Source: a bacterium (GTDB lineage: Bacteria > Zhuqueibacterota > Zhuqueibacteria > Oceanimicrobiales > Oceanimicrobiaceae). From it: DNA of 12,137 bases. Under the pieces are notes generated by a model. It ran no database searches, was not told the origin of the DNA, and saw only the letters and a program-made list of their open reading frames with translations. The stretch's first letter is position 1. The number at the start of each line of letters is the position of its first letter. Where the stretch lies: positions 1 through 12,137 of the forward strand of contig JBHIAC010000101.1 of the NCBI GenBank assembly GCA_046758365.1, read 5' to 3'. The translations under genes were made by a program, and so were the position numbers. Shown here in pieces: positions 8,230-12,137 of the stretch.

Positions 8230-8258
8230 AATATACTCAAAGATAGGCGGTTTGTCAA
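8230..8258 (-). promoter_or_regulatory. Sigma70-type promoter for the kinase-phosphatase-protease unit
   Basis: On the minus strand: TTGACA (8258-8253), 17-nt spacer, TATATT (8235-8230), within the 171-nt gap between apbE and the kinase gene. Confidence 0.75.
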
Positions 8259-8289
8259 GTTTATTTGTGAAGAAATTTGATGGTTGGAT

Positions 8290-9333
8290 TCATTCTATAA
8301 AAGTTAACATAAAATCTCTTTCTAGAGAATTATCGTAATTAATATTTCCAGAAGAATCTATAATAATTGATGCTACGGTAGAATCAGCAACACTATTCAT
8401 GTAATTATTATAACCCATAATAAACAAGTAGGTTGCCCAAACATCAGCTTCTTCTGCCGTAGAGGCTAATACGGTTACGCTCTGACATAAATTCGAAGGG
8501 TAGCCAGTTTTTGGATTGATTATATGGTGATAACGTATCCCATCTATATCCGCGTATCTCTCATAATCCCCACTGGTAGCCACAGCAAAATCACTTAGTT
8601 CAAATTTTGCTAATAAAGTATGAGGCTTTCTAGGATGTTTTACTCCAATGGCCCATTTTTTATTCTTACTTTTTACACCAGCAGCGTAAATATCTCCACC
8701 CGCATTTATCAAAAAATGTTTTATTCCTTTCTGTTTTAAAACATCAACGGCTCTGTCTATTGCATATCCTTTGGCTATTCCCCCAAGATCTAATTTCATT
8801 CCTTTAGCCCCAAACAAGACCGTTGTATCCTTGTTGTTTAAAATTATATTTTTATAATCAATCAATTTCAACAGAGAAATTAATTTTTCTTTTTGGGGGA
8901 TCGTGATTTTCATATCATCGTTAAATCCCCATAACTCGGTTATTGGGCCTATGGAAATATCAAAAAGGCCGTCAAATTTTTTAGAATAAGCTATCGATTT
9001 CTTGATAATAGAAAAAGTTTCGTTACTCACTTTTACAGGTTCTATGCTTGCCTTATTATTTATTTTTGAAATTTCACTATCTTTTAAATGACAACTTAAT
9101 AGATTTTCGATTCTCTCAATTTCTTGGAAAGCATAATACAAAGCTTTTTTACAGACATTTATGTTAGAATGTACCGCTGCTATATCGACCTCAGTTCCAA
9201 GCAAATATTTTGTGGCTGATACTTCAAATAAAGGTTCTGCTGTTTGAGCATACAAATAACCTTGGCTCAGAAATAAGAGGCAAAAAATATATTTGGATAT
9301 TTTAGTAGGAAAGGCTGTCAATTTTATATTCAT
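8290..9333 (-). CDS. apbE: FAD:protein FMN transferase (flavin transferase)
   Basis: Motifs DSEISKIN, FDISIGPITELWGF, LDLGGIAKGYAID, INAGGDI, ATSGDYERY, YHHIINPKTG and ADVWAT. The start was moved from the track's 9378 to ATG 9333 (GGTGA upstream, then a signal peptide ending YLYA|Q). It overlaps the upstream gene by 32 nt. Confidence 0.95.
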   Translation of the reverse strand: MNIKLTAFPTKISKYIFCLLFLSQGYLYAQTAEPLFEVSATKYLLGTEVDIAAVHSNINVCKKALYYAFQEIERIENLLSCHLKDSEISKINNKASIEPVKVSNETFSIIKKSIAYSKKFDGLFDISIGPITELWGFNDDMKITIPQKEKLISLLKLIDYKNIILNNKDTTVLFGAKGMKLDLGGIAKGYAIDRAVDVLKQKGIKHFLINAGGDIYAAGVKSKNKKWAIGVKHPRKPHTLLAKFELSDFAVATSGDYERYADIDGIRYHHIINPKTGYPSNLCQSVTVLASTAEEADVWATYLFIMGYNNYMNSVADSTVASIIIDSSGNINYDNSLERDFMLTFIE

Positions 9334-9988
9334 TATCACCATCAATAGAAACTCTAATCTGGTTGGGAATACACACAAGATTTTGTCCTGGTTTATTTAT
9401 GCTTCCCATTTTTATACAAGTTTTATGTTTACATGAGGAAGAAATTACGTTTACGTTCTTATTTTTAATAGAGATAGTAACATACCCCTTTGAACCTTTT
9501 ATGGCATAAGAATCTATATCAGCATCCATTTCAAACTGCTTGATCAAGATATTTTCGTGAAAAACTTTTATATATTTAGGGGTCAGTAAAGGATTTTCTG
9601 TAAAGAATTTCATAAAGACTGGATTTTCCAAATTTTTCGGAAAACCAAGCTCTTTTGAGATTTCCAGAACATTTTTCGATAACTCATCATTCGCCACTCT
9701 AAAATCAATCAAGTTATTATCCCTTATTAGAACAATATCTCCAATATGGTTACCCGAAATTGTATAATCCATAAATTTGACATTTTTATGTTTCAAATTT
9801 GAATTCTTTATTAAATCCTCAACTTTTAAAACTGCTTTGTCAGGATTATTTGTGATTAAATTTAGGCTGAAATTGCTTAAAGCAATATCTTTTGCAAATA
9901 AACTGTTTGGCAATAGAGTGACACCTTTTGAAACTGTAAATCCAGATACAATTAGTGTACATTGCTTAATGAAATTCCGTCGATCCAT
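9302..9988 (-). CDS. Tat-signal protein with a C-terminal NusG domain II (DUF1312-like) domain
   Basis: MDRRNFIK twin-arginine motif with LFA|K cleavage. The C-terminal VISSSC186KHKTC191IKMGSINKPGQNLVC206IPNQIRVSI matches the NusG-II pattern SxCxxxxCxxxGxI...xCxPN. Confidence 0.85.
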   Translation of the reverse strand: MDRRNFIKQCTLIVSGFTVSKGVTLLPNSLFAKDIALSNFSLNLITNNPDKAVLKVEDLIKNSNLKHKNVKFMDYTISGNHIGDIVLIRDNNLIDFRVANDELSKNVLEISKELGFPKNLENPVFMKFFTENPLLTPKYIKVFHENILIKQFEMDADIDSYAIKGSKGYVTISIKNKNVNVISSSCKHKTCIKMGSINKPGQNLVCIPNQIRVSIDGDNEYKIDSLSY

Positions 9989-10028
9989 AACTATTTATTC
10001 CTTTCATGTTTATAATTTGTTTGTTTAT

Positions 10029-11177
10029 TTAAAAACGATAACGAATTCCAAAGCTAAGAATATAAGCATAGAGTTCTTTAGTTCTGCTATGCCAATTTGG
10101 AGTCGCAGTATGTCTGTGATAGAAATTTAGATGCATGTTTAGCTGGATATTTTCATCAGACAGGAATGGTATCCCTTTAAAATGTCCGCCATTTATACTT
10201 AATTTGAATTGATATTCATTTGAAAAACCTTCATCTAATTTACTATCAACCGTCATTAAATTTTCAGGCTCTTCATATATTTCTTTGAAGAAGTAGGCCC
10301 TACTTTGAAAATAGTTCCTTATCCCAAAACCAAACGTAGTCACTTCACTTAAATGTTGTTGAAATGAAATAGAAGTTGTAAAAGAATTGATCTCCCAGTT
10401 ATCCCAATAATATCTGAATCCAATTTGTAAAGCAGAATTACGCTCAATTTTATAATTCAACCTTAAACCTACAGCTTTTCGGATTCTTTTGTCAGGATGA
10501 ATTGGTTCATAATTCATAACTTCGTTTTCCTGAATTATCTGAACGACCTGATAGGAATCAGAGAGAAAGCCTTTAGAATGATTGTATGAAAAAATTGCTT
10601 GCGATATCATTCTTTTACTTAAGATTTGCGTCAAATTCAAACTGAAGGTATACACATCTTTATCTTTTTTCCAGTCTCTTATTTGAGGGTAAACTTTATC
10701 CCAACTCCTCACAATTCCAAGTTGCAAGACAGTATTCTTTTTTGCAAATGGGAAAGAATAGGTCCCTGCAAAAGTCAAAGATGTGTAATCATGTTCTTTG
10801 CTGTACAAAGCATTTGCTGAGAGCGTTCCACTATTTATTAATTGTGAAAGCCCGACGCCAAATTCATGCCTTACTTCATCAGGAATGTTATCTCCACCAC
10901 CATCATCTTTATCCGTAGCCGAGGTTATCCCATCGACATCGAAATGGCTTTTCATTGAAGCTGCACTTATGACATCCACCAGATATCGCACATTTACAGT
11001 TGACGAATCAGTTAATTTTTTAGTAAAAGATATTGATGGATATACTATCTTTACATTAAAATTATCGAAGTAGGAATTAAGATTTACCTGTATTTCTTCT
11101 TCGGGCAAATCCTGAGAATATACTACGGTGGAGATAAATGCAAAAAAGAATGTGATTAATTCAAACTTTTTAACCAC
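10029..11177 (-). CDS. DUF3570-family outer-membrane beta-barrel-like protein, putative flavinylation substrate
   Basis: Located after DUF4266. Contains YLVDVISAAS, SKEHDYTS, GFLSDSYQVV, FRYYWDNWEINS and a terminal YRF (BAM beta-signal). The probable start is GTG 11177, with GGAGG at 11190-11186 and a signal peptide ending VYS|Q. Confidence 0.85.
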   Translation of the reverse strand: MVKKFELITFFFAFISTVVYSQDLPEEEIQVNLNSYFDNFNVKIVYPSISFTKKLTDSSTVNVRYLVDVISAASMKSHFDVDGITSATDKDDGGGDNIPDEVRHEFGVGLSQLINSGTLSANALYSKEHDYTSLTFAGTYSFPFAKKNTVLQLGIVRSWDKVYPQIRDWKKDKDVYTFSLNLTQILSKRMISQAIFSYNHSKGFLSDSYQVVQIIQENEVMNYEPIHPDKRIRKAVGLRLNYKIERNSALQIGFRYYWDNWEINSFTTSISFQQHLSEVTTFGFGIRNYFQSRAYFFKEIYEEPENLMTVDSKLDEGFSNEYQFKLSINGGHFKGIPFLSDENIQLNMHLNFYHRHTATPNWHSRTKELYAYILSFGIRYRF

Positions 11178-11382
11178 ATCCGCATCCTCCGCTTTGCGCA
11201 CCAGTTCCTCCAACGGATCCTTCTCGATAATCAAGATGATGTTCATTAATACCTGTGTCTATCGGATTTTCATCAAATATCATCATGGGATCCGATAGCT
11301 CCCCCCTTTGCCAGGGTTGGACTGCTGCGCAGCTTGTCAGAACAATCAAAAAAGGCAGCAAGATAAGTATTCTCCATTTCAT
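11170..11382 (-). CDS. DUF4266-family small lipoprotein
   Basis: Lipobox LTS|C, then VQPWQRGELSDPMM, YREGSVGG and a terminal GGCGCG, the characteristic DUF4266 pattern. Confidence 0.92.
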   Translation of the reverse strand: MKWRILILLPFLIVLTSCAAVQPWQRGELSDPMMIFDENPIDTGINEHHLDYREGSVGGTGAQSGGCGCG

Positions 11383-11396
11383 AGCAATCTACTCCA

Positions 11397-11894
11397 TTAT
11401 TTTTCTGTTAATAAATTATTTAATTCATTTTTATATTTGAGTTTATGGGATTCTTTAAACCCAGTGTGTCGATAACGGATGACGCCTTTTTTATCTATAA
11501 ATATAGTCGTCGGCATTGCTTCTACTTCATATATTAGAGGGATTTTACCATCTTTATCAACGATTATTGTTAAAGGGACTTCGCGTTCAAGTTTTGATAA
11601 AAACTTGTTCATGTTTACTATTTGTTCGTCTAAATTTATTGTAAGAATGATAAAGTCCTTTTCTTTATTTTCATTATAAAGGTCGATAAGAAAGGGAAAT
11701 TCTTTCTGACAAGGTCTACACCAGCTTGCCCAAAAATCTAGTAAGATTACTTTTCCTTTAAAATCAGAAAGCTTAATAGCATCACCTTTCGAAGTAATGC
11801 CTTTGAAATTTGGAGCTAAGGTATTTCTTTCTTTTGAAAAACACGTTGTTAAAGCAATTACACTGAGAAACAAAGTCAAGATTATTTTTTTCAT
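11397..11894 (-). CDS. TlpA/ResA-like thioredoxin-fold disulfide reductase, exported
   Basis: APNF...LSDFKGKVILLDFWASWCRPC, cis-Pro motif AMPTTIFIDKKG, and an N-terminal signal with a possible lipobox LTT|C. SD AAGGAGG at 11907-11901. Confidence 0.93.
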   Translation of the reverse strand: MKKIILTLFLSVIALTTCFSKERNTLAPNFKGITSKGDAIKLSDFKGKVILLDFWASWCRPCQKEFPFLIDLYNENKEKDFIILTINLDEQIVNMNKFLSKLEREVPLTIIVDKDGKIPLIYEVEAMPTTIFIDKKGVIRYRHTGFKESHKLKYKNELNNLLTEK

Positions 11895-11916
11895 TACAAT
11901 CCTCCTTAATTATGTT

Positions 11917-11946
11917 AAGTTAGAAAGATATTTATAGTATTGTCAA
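11917..11946 (-). promoter_or_regulatory. Putative sigma70-type promoter for the tlpA-DUF4266-DUF3570-NusGII-apbE operon
   Basis: On the minus strand: TTGACA (11946-11941), 18-nt spacer, TAACTT (11922-11917), with an A/T-rich tract upstream. Confidence 0.55.
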
Positions 11947-12033
11947 TCAAATTTTTGTTTTTTTTACAAGAAATTTTATTAGTAACAAGACTATTGTAAA
12001 TTTTAACAAAATCATCTAAATCGAACCGAAATC

Positions 12034-12095
12034 GTCATTCCCGAGTGATTTTATCGGGAATCTCGTGCCTAATTTACTGATGGATTCCCGCGAAT
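12034..12095 (+). repeat. Partial palindromic intergenic repeat of the GTCATTCCC...GGGAATC type (dRS3/RPE/REP-like)
   Basis: GTCATTCCCG at 12034-12043. A perfect 8-bp stem ATTCCCGA (12037-12044) pairs with TCGGGAAT (12054-12061) around a 9-nt loop. A third arm, GATTCCCG (12083-12090), is complementary to 12055-12062. Confidence 0.65.
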
Positions 12096-12137
12096 GGTCG
12101 TCACACTGCCCACAAACAGCTTCAGCTTGATCGGGTG

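Noticed and set aside
9302..9988. Annotation as transcription factor NusG
   Set aside because: Only the domain-II-like module is present, with no NGN or KOW domain, and the protein has a Tat export signal.
11170..11172. Selenocysteine or readthrough at the end of the Cys-rich DUF4266 tail
   Set aside because: The stop is TAA, not TGA, and both Cys codons are standard.
11178..11246. ORF-track N-terminal extension of DUF3570 (and similarly 9334-9378 of apbE)
   Set aside because: These extensions overlap upstream genes and bury the signal peptides. The downstream starts have SD-like motifs.
7710..11679. Plus-strand ORFs 7710-7892, 7853-8041, 9777-10130, 10626-10820, 10798-11073, 11255-11440 and 11479-11679
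   Set aside because: Antisense to well-supported genes, with no motifs.
12034..12137. CRISPR repeat or tRNA at the right end
   Set aside because: There are no regularly spaced direct repeats and no cloverleaf or T-loop consensus, only short inverted arms.

Overview
A bacterial window in which all ten genes lie on the minus strand and nearly all encode an N-terminal export signal. The YPNPFNP-type C-terminal sorting domain suggests an FCB-superphylum host such as KSB1, Calditrichota or Ignavibacteria (inference). Two apparent transcription units each start at a TTGACA promoter. Unit 1 (11894->8290) is an extracytoplasmic flavinylation/thiol-redox cluster: TlpA-like thioredoxin, DUF4266 lipoprotein, DUF3570 beta-barrel with two flavinylation-like motifs, a Tat-exported NusG-domain-II protein and ApbE. 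Unit 2 (8118->1) encodes a signal-peptide-bearing PI3/4-kinase/Fam20-like kinase, a signal/TM-bearing Shewanella-like metallophosphatase, an S8 protease with a T9SS/FlgD-type C-terminal domain, a TPR lipoprotein, and a vWA + Ig-repeat surface protein that runs off the window and is missing from the ORF track. The most interesting candidate system is the exported kinase/phosphatase pair, a possible reversible phosphorylation cycle outside the cytoplasm. A partial GTCATTCCC-type palindromic repeat lies at the right end.
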